A model generated the notes under the pieces. The model was not told where the DNA came from and made no database searches. It saw only the letters and a list, made by a program, of their open reading frames with translations. From the NCBI GenBank assembly GCA_964016885.1, contig OZ024742.1, positions 161,386,001 through 161,450,000 of the forward strand: DNA of 64,000 nt. The letters are read 5' to 3'. Positions 1 to 13,128 of this stretch are shown piece by piece. The position numbers and the translations under genes were made by a program. How positions within the stretch are numbered: position 1 is the stretch's first letter; the number at the start of each line of letters is the position of its first letter. This DNA is from Eledone cirrhosa. Taxonomy: Eukaryota.

Positions 1-800
1 TCAGGAGAACAGTGGGTAGGAAGAGAGTTCCGAGGGTGTGTGGGGGAGTGGTGGAAAGACATAAAGGGGGGGGGGGAGGGAGGAAAAACAATTTTTTTAG
101 AGAGTAAAGGAAATTTTTTTAAAGTACAAATAAAAATAAAAATAAACAAGGGCCGAAAGGGTGTGAGGCGTGTGGAGTCTGGAGGCTGAGTGTGTGTATG
201 TGGGGATACGCACGTGTGTGTTTGTGTTTATATGTGGTGTGGATGTAGGTGGCGTGGTTCGAAAATAATGTAAGTGTTTGTTTGTGTGTATGTTCCTAAG
301 GTATTTCCATGGAGTGTGAGACAAGATGTTGGAGATTTCACGTGTCGTAGAATGGATAGCTGGAACGATGACCGGTGGTGTGAAATCCTGGTGTGGTAGT
401 GCGGAAGTGGAGAGATGTGGGTGTGTGCGCGTAACAGTAAGTGGTCAGAGGGTCACGGCAGGGTGAGGAGATAGCTGTAGAGGAGGATGACAGGTAATGA
501 AAGGGTCTGTATATGGTGTGGACTGTGTGTGTGGAGGTGCGGTGGACAGGGAAGAGAATGGGTAGGTGTGAAAGGTGGAGGGAGAGGGTGGTGGTGTGTG
601 GGGATGGTGTGTATATTAGTGGAGGTGTTAGTGGGATGTGTGTGTGAGGGGGTGTAGGTGGAGCAGGGAGAGAGAGAGAGAGGAAGAGAAAAGGTGTTGG
701 GGACGGAGGAGGGAGTGTAGTGTACTGGTGTGTGTGCACGTGTTTGGATATGTGTGTGTGGTAGAAAGGGTGTAATATTACTGAAGAATAACATTAAGAA
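1..800 (-). repeat. G/T-rich low-complexity non-coding tract, possibly the 3' UTR of a minus-strand PLE
   Basis: Strong GT skew, similar in composition to the reverse complement of the C/A-rich PLE 3' UTR at 42300-43300; no credible ORF. Confidence 0.25.
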
Positions 801-1146
801 AGATGCTGATGTTACATAAATCGTTTATTCATAAAGTGAGCTTACCCAGCAAAAGATAATATACTAGATATGTCAGCTAGGTATACAAGAAGATGGACGT
901 GTTTTTTGCCTGCGGCATATCACAAAATCAGATTTCCAGATACTGTCCTCATAACAACAACAAATACATAAATTATATCATGGATTGCATTGCATAGCAT
1001 TGAAATAATTATTATGAATAGCATCTGAAGCACTAGCATTTGAAACGTTAAGACTTTTTTTCAACTATATCAAGCATAAAACTAATATATTTCTTCATTG
1101 TATTGTGTCATTTGCTTTGTTATTTCTGTTTGTCTTTTACGCATGT

Positions 1147-1180
<34 letters not shown>

Positions 1181-1182
<2 letters not shown>

Positions 1183-1345
1183 CATCCTCATCATCATTTT
1201 ACGTCCGCTTTTCCCTGCTTGCAAGGGTGGGATGGGAACTGATTCTGGCTTGATTTCTACAGCTGGATGCCCTTCCTAACACCAACCTTATTTACAGTGA
1301 GTGCTGGGTGCTTTTTTTCCGTGGCACCTACACGACCACTTTGCA
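1181..1345 (-). mobile_element. 3' end fragment of a retroposon with a (GAT)n-type tail
   Basis: catcctcatcatcattttacgtccgcttttcc...ggatgcccttcctaacaccaacc next to (TA)n; resembles common RTE/SINE 3' ends (recognised from memory only). Confidence 0.35.
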
Positions 1346-1375
1346 GTGGAATGATAGGGACCCCAGTCCCTATCA

Positions 1376-1506
1376 TCTCATTTCTACAGCTGAGTAAACT
1401 GGAGCAATGTGAAATAAAGTGTCTTGCTCAACACAGCACCCGGTCTGAGAATTGAACTCACAACCTTTTGATTGCAAGGCCAATGCTCTAACCACTAAGC
1501 CATGTG
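1376..1506 (-). mobile_element. tRNA-derived SINE with CORE-like domain, 5' part
   Basis: Minus strand has A-box TGGCTTAGTGG and B-box GAGTTCAATTC, then gtgttgagcaagacactttatttcacattgctccag (CORE-like). Confidence 0.7.
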
Positions 1507-1538
1507 TATATGTATATATATATATATATGTGTATGTG

Positions 1539-1602
<64 letters not shown>

Positions 1603-1605
1603 CAC

Positions 1606-1658
<53 letters not shown>

Positions 1659-1685
1659 GTATACACACACACACATATATATATC
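1507..1685. repeat. (TA)n/(CA)n microsatellite
   Basis: Direct reading. Confidence 0.95.
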
Positions 1686-2154
1686 ACAATCTCCAGGCAG
1701 CTAGCTCAGCTCAACTACTTTTTATCTAATTTTCCAATAAGAGACTTATATTGACATTAGTTGATCTCACACTAAAGAGAAAGTGAAATGTTATGATATT
1801 TGTATGCGTGTGCATGCCTATGTGTCTATATGCCTGTGTGTGTGCCTATGTGTCTATATGTGTGAATGCCTATGTGTCTATATGTCTGTATGTGCATGCT
1901 TGTATGTGTGGGCGTCTTGGTATGTGTGCCTCTCTCTGTGTGTGTGCATGCAATGGTGATTAACATGGATGGGTGTTAAACAGAGGTTTGGTTAATACTA
2001 CAGGGAAAATTTGTATACAAAATAGAAAGTTTTGAAGGTAATATAGAAAATATGAAGAGCAGACAGATTTTCGATAGTCATTAGTAAAGCCATGCTTAAA
2101 ATATTCCATTAACTACATGTGCGAAATTATATATATATAATAATAATAATAATA

Positions 2155-2341
2155 ATTGTTTCTACTTTAGGCACAAGGCCAGCAATTACCCAGTTCATTA
2201 CGGGTACTTTATTTTATCGACCCCGTAAGGATGAAAGGCAAAGTCAACCTCGGCGGGATTTGAACTCAGATCGTAAAGGGACGTAACTATGCTGGAAAGC
2301 ATGGCGTCCGACCCTCTACCGATACTGCCAATCCACCGCCC
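2155..2341 (-). mobile_element. tRNA-derived SINE with Nin-like central domain (family S1, copy 1)
   Basis: Reverse complement of the 21730-21914 copy; B-box GAGTTCAAATCCC; gcctttcatccttacggggtcgataaaataaagtacc; (ATT)n tail. Confidence 0.85.
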
Positions 2342-2394
<53 letters not shown>

Positions 2395-2639
2395 TTTTCT
2401 TTATTAACCACAAGGGTTCACATAAAGTAGACATTAAGGACAGTACAGGACAATACAGGACGGTACAAATGGGCATTTCTGCGTGTAAAAAAACAGAGGT
2501 TGAAATAAAATAACAAAGAAAAATTCCCCAATAGGGGGGAGACTTCCAAGGGACATTTGTGGAGAAAGCCCATTAAAAGACCACAGTGGCCCTGACCACC
2601 AGGGCAAGTGCCCTCTCCCAGTTTTCCACCTTTAATTTA

Positions 2640-5600
2640 CAGACACATACTCAGAGAAGGCCCATTCATTCGGGCCATACTTGCTTCTCTCACCCATCTT
2701 TCAACAAAATGCTGGGAAGAGAGCACTTCCCTCTCTACCCTGATTTTCCTTTTCAAATGAAATTTGAAAAAGTTAATCAGGGCATCACCGAAGAGGTAAG
2801 TGCTCGTCTTCAGCCCTTTCAAACGTGTCCACCATACTATCTCTTTCGCCATGGCCACCAGACAGATAAAAACTGCCTGCCCTTCCAGGCTAAAGGAAGG
2901 GGGCGGGCAATCCTCACGATGGACTCAGCTGATAGCTGGATCCGTCCTACACGTGACAGCAGGTGTTCGACATAAACCCACAAGTCAGAAATGCTCGGAC
3001 ACTGGACGAGTGCGTGCAGGACGGTTTCGTCGCCCTGCGCGCATCTCGGACATGCCCGGCTGACGGCACCTCCATGCCTGTAGAGTTTATCCCGAACTGG
3101 CAAAGCTCCTCGGTAGCACTGCCAGGCCAGGGATTTCTGGAAGTTGTCCATAGGCCCCGGCCCGAAAGTCCTTCCGAAGAGATTGGCTAGTTGATTTTCG
3201 TCGACGCCTAGAGTTTCCCCAAGTACGTCATCGCTCTTCCCCCTCTACTAATCCTCTATAGAACGCCGAGGTGGAGTTTCCACCGATCACATTGCCCGAT
3301 TGGTTGAGGGCTGTGAGCGCCTGAAGACATTCCAGTCTCCAAGTGCTCCCTCTCAGTCTTCGCTTGACCCAGGACTGCAGCTCCGTCAAGGAGACGAGCT
3401 GGGGAAAGACGCGTCTAGCAAACGGCGACCACACCTGATCACCGTCGAGGAAGAGGTGGAGATGTCGTATGTTGTAGCCTGAGTGCGTGTCTGTGCATCA
3501 TCAGCCACGGCATGCCCAGCCCTCGACGTAGCGGGTGTTGACAGCAGATGGACCGCCTGACCATCGGAGCGCGACCCTTCCACAAAAAGCGAAAGAGCAA
3601 ATGCTCCAGCGCAGTCAGGCGGGGCTTAGGACAAGGTACGGTGGTCAGGCGGTAGTAGATGACGGACGTGATGTACGCGTTAGCCACCTCCGCTCGACCT
3701 TTCAGGGATAGCTTCCTCTCCGCCCATTTCTGGGTGAGAGAAGCCACCCCGCTCATCATCTCGTCCCAGTTTTTGTCCGTCTGGAGGTCCGGACCGAACC
3801 AGACCCCTAGCAATTTAACAGGTCCGTCCGTCCAGCACCCGATGATGCTGTTGGATGGTATGAACCTGCCTCTCCAGGTGCCGAGCTGCAGGCCCACTGA
3901 CTTTTCCTGGTTGCTCATTGCTCCTGTCACCACTTCGTATTCTCTTAGTGTAGTGTCGATCGCCTCGATGTGTTTGGCGTTCGACACCACTACGGTGGCA
4001 TCGTCCGCATATGCTGACATGGATCTTCCGCATCCTAGTTCGCGCGGGACCCCCCCCCCCCCCTCAACGTATCCAGTTTGTGCAGTAATAGCTCAAGAGT
4101 CAATACGTACAAGAGGGACGAGAGGGGACATCCTTGGCGGACCGAGCGCATGATGTTGAATGGTTCCGAAAGGTGACCGTTCACTCTCACCACAGAGCAG
4201 ATGTCGCTATGCATGGCAGCGATCCAGCCGCTGAAGACGGGCCCAAAGCCAGCCGCCTTCAGGACTGCCGCTAGGTAACGATGGACGACCCTATCGAAAG
4301 CTTTCGACTGATCTAAATTGATCAAAGACCCACCCGTGCCAGGTTCCCTAGCTACCCTCCCTATGATGTATCGCATGAGGTTGAGGTTGTCGTGGATGGA
4401 TCTGTCGACAAGTGCCAACCTCTTTGCTAGCACCTTGGCCAAAATCTTGAACTCTGTGTTTAGCAGAGTTATGGGCCTGAAATTATCTATGTTATCCCCC
4501 TTGTTCGGATCCTTTCTCAGCAGCGCCACCGCTCCTCGGCTCACAGAACTGGGAATTCTCCCGTTCTGTTGCCAGTTGCAATAGACGTCCGCCAAGAGGC
4601 CTCCCAACAAGTCTGGCATCTGTACGTAAAGTTCATAGGGCAGACCATCCAAACCAGGCGATTTACCCCTTGTGCAGCCAGTCATTGCCTCCCGTACTTC
4701 AGCGGCTGTTATTGGCTTTTCGCAACACTCCGCCTCAGTGGCCGAGAGCCGCGGCAGTCCATCGAAGTAGACACTAAAGTCCATCCCACGATCCGGCTCG
4801 CCGCTGCCCCTGAACGGCTGAGCGATGCCTTTGCTAAGTGCCTCGTCTAATTTTCTAACTAGTTCTCCCTCTGCTCTATTTTTCTCTATAGCTAAAGCCT
4901 TACTAACCCTAATGGACTCTATTCTAATTGCTCTTTTCAGAGCAAACCACCACTTGTTGTTGACGATGGCCCCCGTCAACGCTCGCTTAACTAGTTCGCT
5001 AATCTGTAGGCCTTGCGTGCTGGTAAGGACGCGTTTAGCTTCCAGTAGCCGGGTCCTCGTCTATGAAGCCTATCTAAGTCAAGCACACAGATCACGAATT
5101 TGTGGTCCGTGTAGCTGACTATCTTGAATTGTGGACAGCCTCTGCTAGACCTATCTATTTCCTTACAAAATACTCTATCTAGATATGATCTGGTTTGTCC
5201 AAGTCCACATTGGCACATTCTGGAAATCCAATCGGTACCTGTCAGACAATTCAAAACGCTTGAGCAGGTTGGTGAGGCTCTTGCACTCTCCTTCCCTATC
5301 CGCTAATCCCACACAGTCCCAGCGTGCATCTAAGATCCCGTTCCAGTCGCCCACTAACACTAAAGAGCGGGACGTTCCTAGAAAGGTCTCCAGACGCCGG
5401 AAGAAATCAGGCCGCCCTGCTCCTGTCGGGGCATTGACGGCCACTAGCCTAAAAGCTTGCCCGTCTCCGCTGGTCACGTCCAACACCACCAACTTACCTT
5501 CTGGGTCCAGGAAGATGGCCCGTATGGCGAGATCCAAACCTCTCCGAAAATGCACAGCAACTCCTTCCCCCGATCCAGGACGGCTGGGAGATGCGTACAC

Positions 5601-5762
5601 ATCGTAGCCGCCGAAGATCGGTGCGAAGGCCCGTGCTTCGGAGATTCTGGTCTCGCTGATGGCCACTACATCTATGTTTAGTGACCTGAGGTCGTTGAGC
5701 AGGTGTCCATGCTTCCATGACGACCCCAAGCCACGCGCATTTATGCTGCCTAGTGAGGTCAT
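2640..5762 (-). pseudogene. Tx1 ORF2 (APE endonuclease - reverse transcriptase - Zn finger), several frameshifts
   Basis: SINARGL, ISET, VGDWN, YTDH (EN); KSPGLDGLP, FRPITLLN, DQSKAFDRV, RQGCPLS, AYADD (RT); CPRCAQGDETVLHALVQC. Confidence 0.92.
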
Positions 5763-5796
5763 GTTGAAATGGAGTGGAAAAGATGGGAAAGACCAC

Positions 5797-7495
5797 TTAC
5801 CCTACTTCTCGTAGAGGAAGGATGGTTTCTCCATCCCTTTTCACTTGATCGTCTGGTGAAGGGACCGTTGAATCGTCCCTTCGGCTGGTCGTCGGCTCTT
5901 CTGTGAGTATATCCGAATATACTCTCCGGTTGAGTGTCCCTCCTAGGTCTCTGAAATCACCAACTGCGTTGGGGAATTTCGTTTTAATGTTTGTGTATTG
6001 CTTCTGTGCTATTCTTACCAGTCTTATGTTCATTGGTGTTTTGATTGGTGCTGGTATTATGTAGTCGTGCTGTGAAATGTCTGTGTGTTCAATTATGTAA
6101 GTCATTAGTTTCTTGTTGTGTGTATTTATTGCTGTGCATTTGTTTTTCTGGGGGTGGGGTGTGGTTCTGCTATTTTCTTGTCGTTGTTGCTGGGTGTATG
6201 TATTTTGTTGTTGTGTTTGCGATGTTGGTGCTTGTGGTGGTGGTGTTGAAGGTGTTGTTGTTGTTGGCGGTGGGGTTGCTCCCGTGGTGATGGTGGTGCT
6301 AGTGTGGGTGGTGATGGTGTTGGTGGTGTTGCTGCTGTAAGTCTCTTTACCCTGTAAGTCTCTAGCCTTTACCCTTTTTTCATTTCTTCCCTCCCTTTTC
6401 GAAGGCGACGATGCGCTGCTTCTGCGTTTGTGCCTTCTTGCGACCTTTTGCCATCCCTCTCCCACCTCACACTCCATGTCCGATTCTGTGAGGTCGGGGA
6501 GGGGTACCAGCTCCACTCTTTCACTTGTTCTTGTTGGTGATGGTTGCAGTGGAGTCTCTGTTGCAGCTGCAGTTGGTATTACTGTTGTTGTTGTTAATTA
6601 TTCCACTGCTACTGCTGTTTTTGATTTCCGTGGCGTGGGTATCGGTGCCACGGACCTATCCTTCCTGCTTGCCACCTGTCGTGTTGCTGGTAGCAGTGGA
6701 GCCGGTTTCGGAAGGACGGGGGTTTTCTCCTTTCTCAGGGTCTTCTCATTGCAGAAGGCCCTGAGGTGAGTCTTCGACCGACAGCGAAAGCATTTCGGGC
6801 GTTTGCCCTCAACACTTATGGGCAGTTGAGTGCCGTTATCTAAGTCTATCACATCTGGGATAGCTTCGATGCACTCCTAGTTGGTTTGAATTATCATCTC
6901 AATGGAGGTGTCGACCCAATCTTCTCGTACTTTTTTTTTCTGTACTTGCACCAACACCATTTCCTCGCTCCTTAGGGTCACTAAGGATTGAACCTTTGCC
7001 TCCTGGGATGTGGCAAAAAGCACGTCAACGGTGGCATATTTCTTGCCTCGGGTGATATGCGTTTTCCGCTGCCACACAGACCCTAAGGCTTTTTGTATTT
7101 GGGCAGATTGCTCGGTGTCCGGTTTTTGTCACCGTCTTCTTTGCTTCCTGTAATTCCTCATTTGTTATAAGGGTGGTTTCCAGGTTCTTTGCGATACCTG
7201 CAAACGAGATTAGTTTTTCTTTCTTGTCATTATTGTTGTTGTTTTTGTCAGAGCTGCTGCTACTTTTGTTGTTGCTGCTGGTACTACGACTGCCGCCGCC
7301 TCTGTTGCTGTGGTTGTTGTTGTTGCTGCTGCTGCTGCTGTTGTTGTTGTTGTTGCTGCTGCTTATGTTGTTGTTTATGCTGCTGCTGATGTTCTTACGG
7401 CTGCTATTCTTCATGACGTCAGTCGAATGAAATGGCTTTCCGTATTTACCGCGCACATTTTTCGTCGTCGTGGAGAAATGTTCCACGGTATGCAC
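5797..7495 (-). pseudogene. Tx1 ORF1 (gag-like), frameshifted
   Basis: EGKRPKCFRCRSKTHLRAFC zinc knuckle (6598-6852); WQKVARR basic motif; N/S/T-rich linkers. Confidence 0.75.
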
Positions 7496-7975
7496 GTTCT
7501 CTTGGTGAAAGCTACCAGAAACTATATTTTTCTTTTTCTTTACTGGCGTCGCTTGCGAAAGAGAAGGGAGAGAGACACATTTAGAGAAGGGAGGGAGAGA
7601 GACAATCTTCTCTCTGCTGTAATGACGATTAAGGAAGAAGAAGACGGAAAGAGTGGGAGTGACATGTGAAAAATTTTTTTTGTAGCCATGTTTTTTTTCG
7701 GTTTAAAATGAATATTGGGCACAAAACCCCAATAAGCGGTTATTTAACCCCAAAGGGCCAAATAACGGGCAGAAAGACCCCTCTCACGAGGAGGAGGGTG
7801 TTTTTATCTACAATTTGGTTAAAGTTTTAAACAATTTACAATTGTTATAGCAATTAAAAATTACTATACCTTACAGAGCCGAGCCTCCATCAACCATGGC
7901 ATTCAATAATAATAATAATAATAATGAAAATATTGTGTACAGTGCTCAGGTGCACTACAACTCATCATTTATTTT

Positions 7976-8075
7976 GAATGAAACAGTTCTAGTCCTGTAG
8001 AAACCATTTCTATATTAAACATGATGTTTACACTCTACTAATGTATTGAGTACCTTACTAATTGTGGTTACCCTC
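7976..8075 (+). mobile_element. PLE terminal-repeat fragment with 3' half of an HHR (related to family H1)
   Basis: gaatgaaacagttctagtcctgtaga...tgtattgagtaccttact is shared with 19546-19739 and 28984-29058. Confidence 0.6.
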
Positions 8076-8096
8076 AATATAATATAATATATATAT

Positions 8097-8588
8097 AAAA
8101 GAAATAGGATTTCGCTTCAAGCATAGCTTTATACAATATGTATAGAAATTTCGTATTTCAAAAGAAATACAATTTCAGGAAGCCGTAGCTATGCGAACAC
8201 GGGGGGGGGGGGGGGGGGGGGTTAACACACTCTGGTGTTGTCCAGCAGAAGCAAGGAGGACATAAAGCTGTGCTTGAAGCGAAATCCTATTTCTTTTCTA
8301 TTATAGGTTGTGCCAACTTATGCAGCTTCGTATGCAAATGAGATTAATCACCTCATTTACACAGACGAGAAAACTATATATTCTCGGCTGTTTTCAAGTC
8401 CAGCAGTCGCAGAGCAGTGGGTGGTATCGTCCTGACGATGGCCAGTCAAGCCTGAAATGCATAGTCGGTGTTACCCCGTGCTTCTGCTGGACAACACCAG
8501 AGGGCGTTAGCCCCCTCATCCCGGTGTTCGCATAGCTACGACTTCCTAAAATCGTATTTCTTTCGAAATACGAAATATCTATACATAT
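8097..8588 (+). mobile_element. Non-coding mini-element with internal inverted repeats and an HHR-like motif
   Basis: 8137-8255 is the inverse of 8478-8588; 8098-8132 is the inverse of 8262-8297; flanked by (TA)n. Confidence 0.6.
8425..8470 (+). ncRNA. Minimal type I hammerhead-like motif
   Basis: tatcgtc-CTGACGA-tggc/gcct-GAAA-tgca-TA-gtcggtg; palindromic stem III; one mismatch in stem I. Confidence 0.5.
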
Positions 8589-8603
8589 AATATATATATT
8601 ATT

Positions 8604-8790
<187 letters not shown>

Positions 8791-8842
8791 TATATATACA
8801 TATATATATATTATATATATATATATTATATATATATATTAT

Positions 8843-9283
8843 GTATCTATCTATCTATCTATCTAAGGCGGGTAAAATTCCCGAGATCCATGGTCGAGTT
8901 CTCTCCAGCGGTCTCTGTCCCTCATTATTGCTGCCATGTCCTGCGTCTCCAACAGACCAGTGTCTGTCCTTAGGGCATCAACATACGTTAACCTTGGTCT
9001 TCCGCTTCTAGTGTATCCATGTAGGGGCTCCCAAAGGAGCACTGAGTGCAATGTCAACTCTGGATGTCGGTGAGCATCTCCAGCTAACCTCAGTCTCCTC
9101 TGTGTCACTTTTGAGCTGACTTTTGGGATGTTCCCATACAGCTCTGAGTTTTTCCCATACAGCTCTGAGTTTCTTGGTCAGTGTCCAAGTCTCAGACCCA
9201 TACAGCAGCACAGACTCCACTACAGCAATGAAGAGGCGGATTTTCAGGTCTCTACGAAGGTCCGACTTCCACACCGATCTCAA
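8843..9283 (-). mobile_element. 5'-truncated RTE LINE 3' fragment, same family as 43840-46880
   Basis: Near-identical to 43840-44336; ...GRPRLTYVDALRTDTG...; (TAGA)n tail. Confidence 0.9.
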
Positions 9284-9411
9284 TATATATATATATATAT
9301 TATATATATATATATTATATATATATATTGTATATATATATTGTATATATATATTATATATATATAATATATATATATATTATATATATTTATATTTATA
9401 TATTATATATA

Positions 9412-9456
<45 letters not shown>

Positions 9457-9687
9457 ATATATATATATATTTATATATATATATATATTATATATATAAA
9501 AGAGTAAAAGAGTATATATATATATATATTATATATATATATATATTATATATATATATATATTATATATATATATATATATGTTATATATATATATATA
9601 TTATATATATATATATATAGATATATATATATATATTATATATATATATTTAGATTATATATATATATTATATATATATATTATATA

Positions 9688-9795
<108 letters not shown>

Positions 9796-9830
9796 ATAAT
9801 ATATATATATATAATATATATATATATATA

Positions 9831-9868
<38 letters not shown>

Positions 9869-9949
9869 TATAAATATAATATATATAAATAATATATATA
9901 TATATCTATATATATATATATATATATAATATATATATAAATATAATAT

Positions 9950-11195
9950 TCACTTTCACCTTATATCTGGAGTCTAAAAGACAACCACACCCAATATAAG
10001 TTACACTGGGAGATCCTAGCTAGGGTTAGATCGTATAACGGAAATAAAAGACCATGTAACCTCTGCGCCGCTGAGGCCCTGGAAATACTCTACGCCACAG
10101 ACCACATCTTAAACAAAAAATCTGAGGCAATTTCGGCTTGTAAACATAAATTGCACAAAACTTTCCTGTATTACAGCCCCACGTTATACCCTAACGGATA
10201 GCACGATCTATACGTGGATATTTTACGTCTTGATGTGGGAGCTAAGTATATGTTTTGTTTATTCCTTTACTTATTTGCATAGGTAAGTATATATTACCCA
10301 TATGTTTTGTGAAGGTATGTATACCTTCTCGTACGTATATTTGACTGTTATGGCGTATCATTTTTACATATTCTGGTATTTAGGGTTTGGCTATGTGTAT
10401 ACGGGAGTTTTGCGTCCGAGTGAGTATGTAGGTTCGTACGTATGGTGGGTGTGTGTATATGTGTACTTCTTGTTTTAGTTGACTTACGTCTCCGAACATT
10501 CGTGTATTTATATGTAGGTATGTGTGTGCGCTTGTTATATACGTATTTATTTACTTATATACGTTTATATAATTATTTATTTATTTGTACACAAGCATAC
10601 ACACACACACATATTTATATGTGCGTGGTTTTGTATACCTATGGTAAGGTTTTGCGTATGCTTGTGTATGTACGTATCTGTTTGCGTGTATGTATTTATT
10701 TGTTTCTATTTCTTCTGTATTGTATTTATTTACTTTGTTCTTAACTCTGTAGCGGAGATTCATTTGGTTAGAATCTTAGTCTACGACTTCTGCTATACCA
10801 TTTACGTGGTTTTGTCTTTGAGTGCTTTTCTTCTCCACGCTCCACATATGACTTATTATCTTCGTTTTTTCGTTCATTGCCAGAGAACGTCTCTATGCAC
10901 CACCTAACAGAACATTAGTCTACGACCTCTTTTATACCATATACGTGGTTTTGTCTTTGCGCGTAATTGTTTTTCACCGCTCCTATTAATGACGTATTAT
11001 TCGTTTTTTCCCGTTCTTTGCCAGCGAACGTTACCACGAACCAAAGTATCGTCTTCCTGTCTTCCTCCGGTTGCAACGTTTTTTGAAATATCCAGTTCTG
11101 CGTTTACAGATTGACTTTGTTAATTTCAGAAGATCCCGTTAAGGGTGAAAGCAGCGATTCTTTGCTTAAACTTTAATCTGTTATTTTAATAAATA
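9950..11195 (+). mobile_element. 5'-truncated PLE (Naiad-like): GIY-YIG C-terminus, 3' UTR and HHR
   Basis: 9953-10195 translates LSPYIWSLKD...HWEILARVRSYNGNKRPCNLCAAEALEI...LNKKSEAISACKH (not in the ORF track); ~140-bp tandem duplication at ~10775-11030. Confidence 0.8.
11124..11170 (+). ncRNA. HHR-like motif with CAGAAGA core (family H2)
   Basis: ttt-CAGAAGA-tccc/gggt-GAAA-gca...tgc-TT-aaa. Confidence 0.55.
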
Positions 11196-11341
11196 TATAT
11201 ATAATAAATATATATATAATAAATATATATATATATAGTTATGTAATAAACAACATAAGGCAATTATTCCATTTATCAGTGGTTTCTTAAAAGCAAAAAA
11301 TTTTTTAAAATGCAGTATCAATAAACAGACCAGGATTTTTT

Positions 11342-11395
11342 CATTCTGATTATTGAAAGCAAAATTTTTTGCTTTTAAGAAACCACTGGTCAATG
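11342..11395 (+). ncRNA. HHR, family H3, core mutated (CTGATTA)
   Basis: catt-CTGATTA-long stem II-GAAA-cca c tgg-TC-aatg; inverted partial copy at 11236-11303. Confidence 0.55.
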
Positions 11396-11568
11396 GAATA
11401 ATTGCCTTATGTTGCTTATTACATTACTATTAAGCTCTGTTACCTACATAGAGCACTCTTTTTTCCTGGACTTTTCCGACGGAATTACTTCATTCACACA
11501 CACACATATATATATATATATAATATATATATATAATATATATATATATATATAATATATATAATATA

Positions 11569-11676
<108 letters not shown>

Positions 11677-11811
11677 TATATATATATATATATTATAAGT
11701 ATATATATATTATATATATATATATTATATATATATATATATATTATATATTATATATATATTATATATATATATATATTATATATATATTTATATATTA
11801 TATATATATAT

Positions 11812-11867
<56 letters not shown>

Positions 11868-11881
11868 TATATAATATATAT

Positions 11882-11913
<32 letters not shown>

Positions 11914-12615
11914 ATATATATATATATATAATATACCGAGGCATCTTGTATATATATACAGAGGCATCTTGTATATATATAATATATATATATAATATAT
12001 ATATATATAAATAATTTATATATATATAATATACAGAGGCATCTTGTATATATATAATATATATATATAATATATATATATATAAATAATATATATATAT
12101 AATATATATATATAATATATATATAATATATATAATATATATATATATATATATAATATATATATATATAATATATGGCTTATAATTATGTGGGATCCCT
12201 GGTTATCTGTTGAGCTCTGCTGACGATTCAAATCCAACCGTGACCATCTCCACTGAAATTTTTCATGAAATAGTCTTTAAGACTATACAGAGCATTTGAT
12301 GTTTTTCCAAATTGAAGGATGAGTATTTTAAACTTTATTTTTATAAGGCTCTATTGATTTTTCCCTGGATTTCACAAAATTCTGTGGATGAATTAGTATC
12401 CTGATTCTCTTTTGAGATGAGTTTGAATTATTTTTCATACATCTTACGTTAACTATTTTTCCCATCTTGACGACATAGTCGATATATATTATAGAATACT
12501 GTTAGCTTCTCGCTAAAACAATTTCTATACCTTTCATTTATTCATTTATATAATATATATATAATATATATATATATATAATATATATATATTATATAAT
12601 ATATATATATAATAT

Positions 12616-12689
<74 letters not shown>

Positions 12690-12700
12690 ATATATATATA

Positions 12701-12740
<40 letters not shown>

Positions 12741-12775
12741 TAATATATATCATATATAATATATATATATATATA

Positions 12776-12875
<100 letters not shown>

Positions 12876-12891
12876 TTTTAATATAGATGAG

Positions 12892-12938
12892 ATTCTACAG
12901 GACTAGAACTGTTTCATTCTTTAGAAATCATCAGGAAT
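12892..12938 (-). ncRNA. Type I HHR, family H1
   Basis: attc-CTGATGA-tttc/gaat-GAAA-cag...ctg-TA-gaat; the ~65-bp cassette has (TA)n on both sides. Confidence 0.7.
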
Positions 12939-13092
12939 ATATATATATATATATTAGAAAGTGAGGTTTTTTTTACAAAATGAAAAATAACCAAGGTGTC
13001 CTACACGAGTGAAAGTATAAAGAAAAAAAGATGAAATCGAAAATGCAACTGGAGTCTTGTTTTTTTTTAAAATATATATATTTATTTGGTTC

Positions 13093-13128
13093 CTTTACCG
13101 GTTTCGCAGTTCTTCTGCTTTTCAAAAG
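13093..13128 (-). ncRNA. Minimal HHR, U3-A8 core variant (family H4)
   Basis: ctt-TTGAAAA-gcag/ctgc-GAAA-ccgg-TA-aag; palindromic stem III ACCGGT. Confidence 0.7.

Larger units (their letters stand above)
2393..7904 (-). mobile_element. Near full-length Tx1/L1-clade non-LTR retrotransposon, degenerate
   Basis: ORF1 with CCHC knuckle, then ORF2 with APE endonuclease, RT and C-terminal Zn finger; AATAAA at the 3' end; (AAT)n on both flanks. Confidence 0.9.

Noticed and set aside
781-815. CTGAAGA...GAAA hammerhead candidate
   Set aside because: No stem I or stem II pairing and no valid NUH site
1440-1506. tRNA gene
   Set aside because: A and B boxes are present, but there is no full cloverleaf and the sequence runs into a SINE body
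12177-12545. Unassigned islands between TA arrays (also 18910-19295, 24937-25140, 50255-50657)
   Set aside because: No ORF, terminus or ribozyme motif I could support; a repeat-library search is needed
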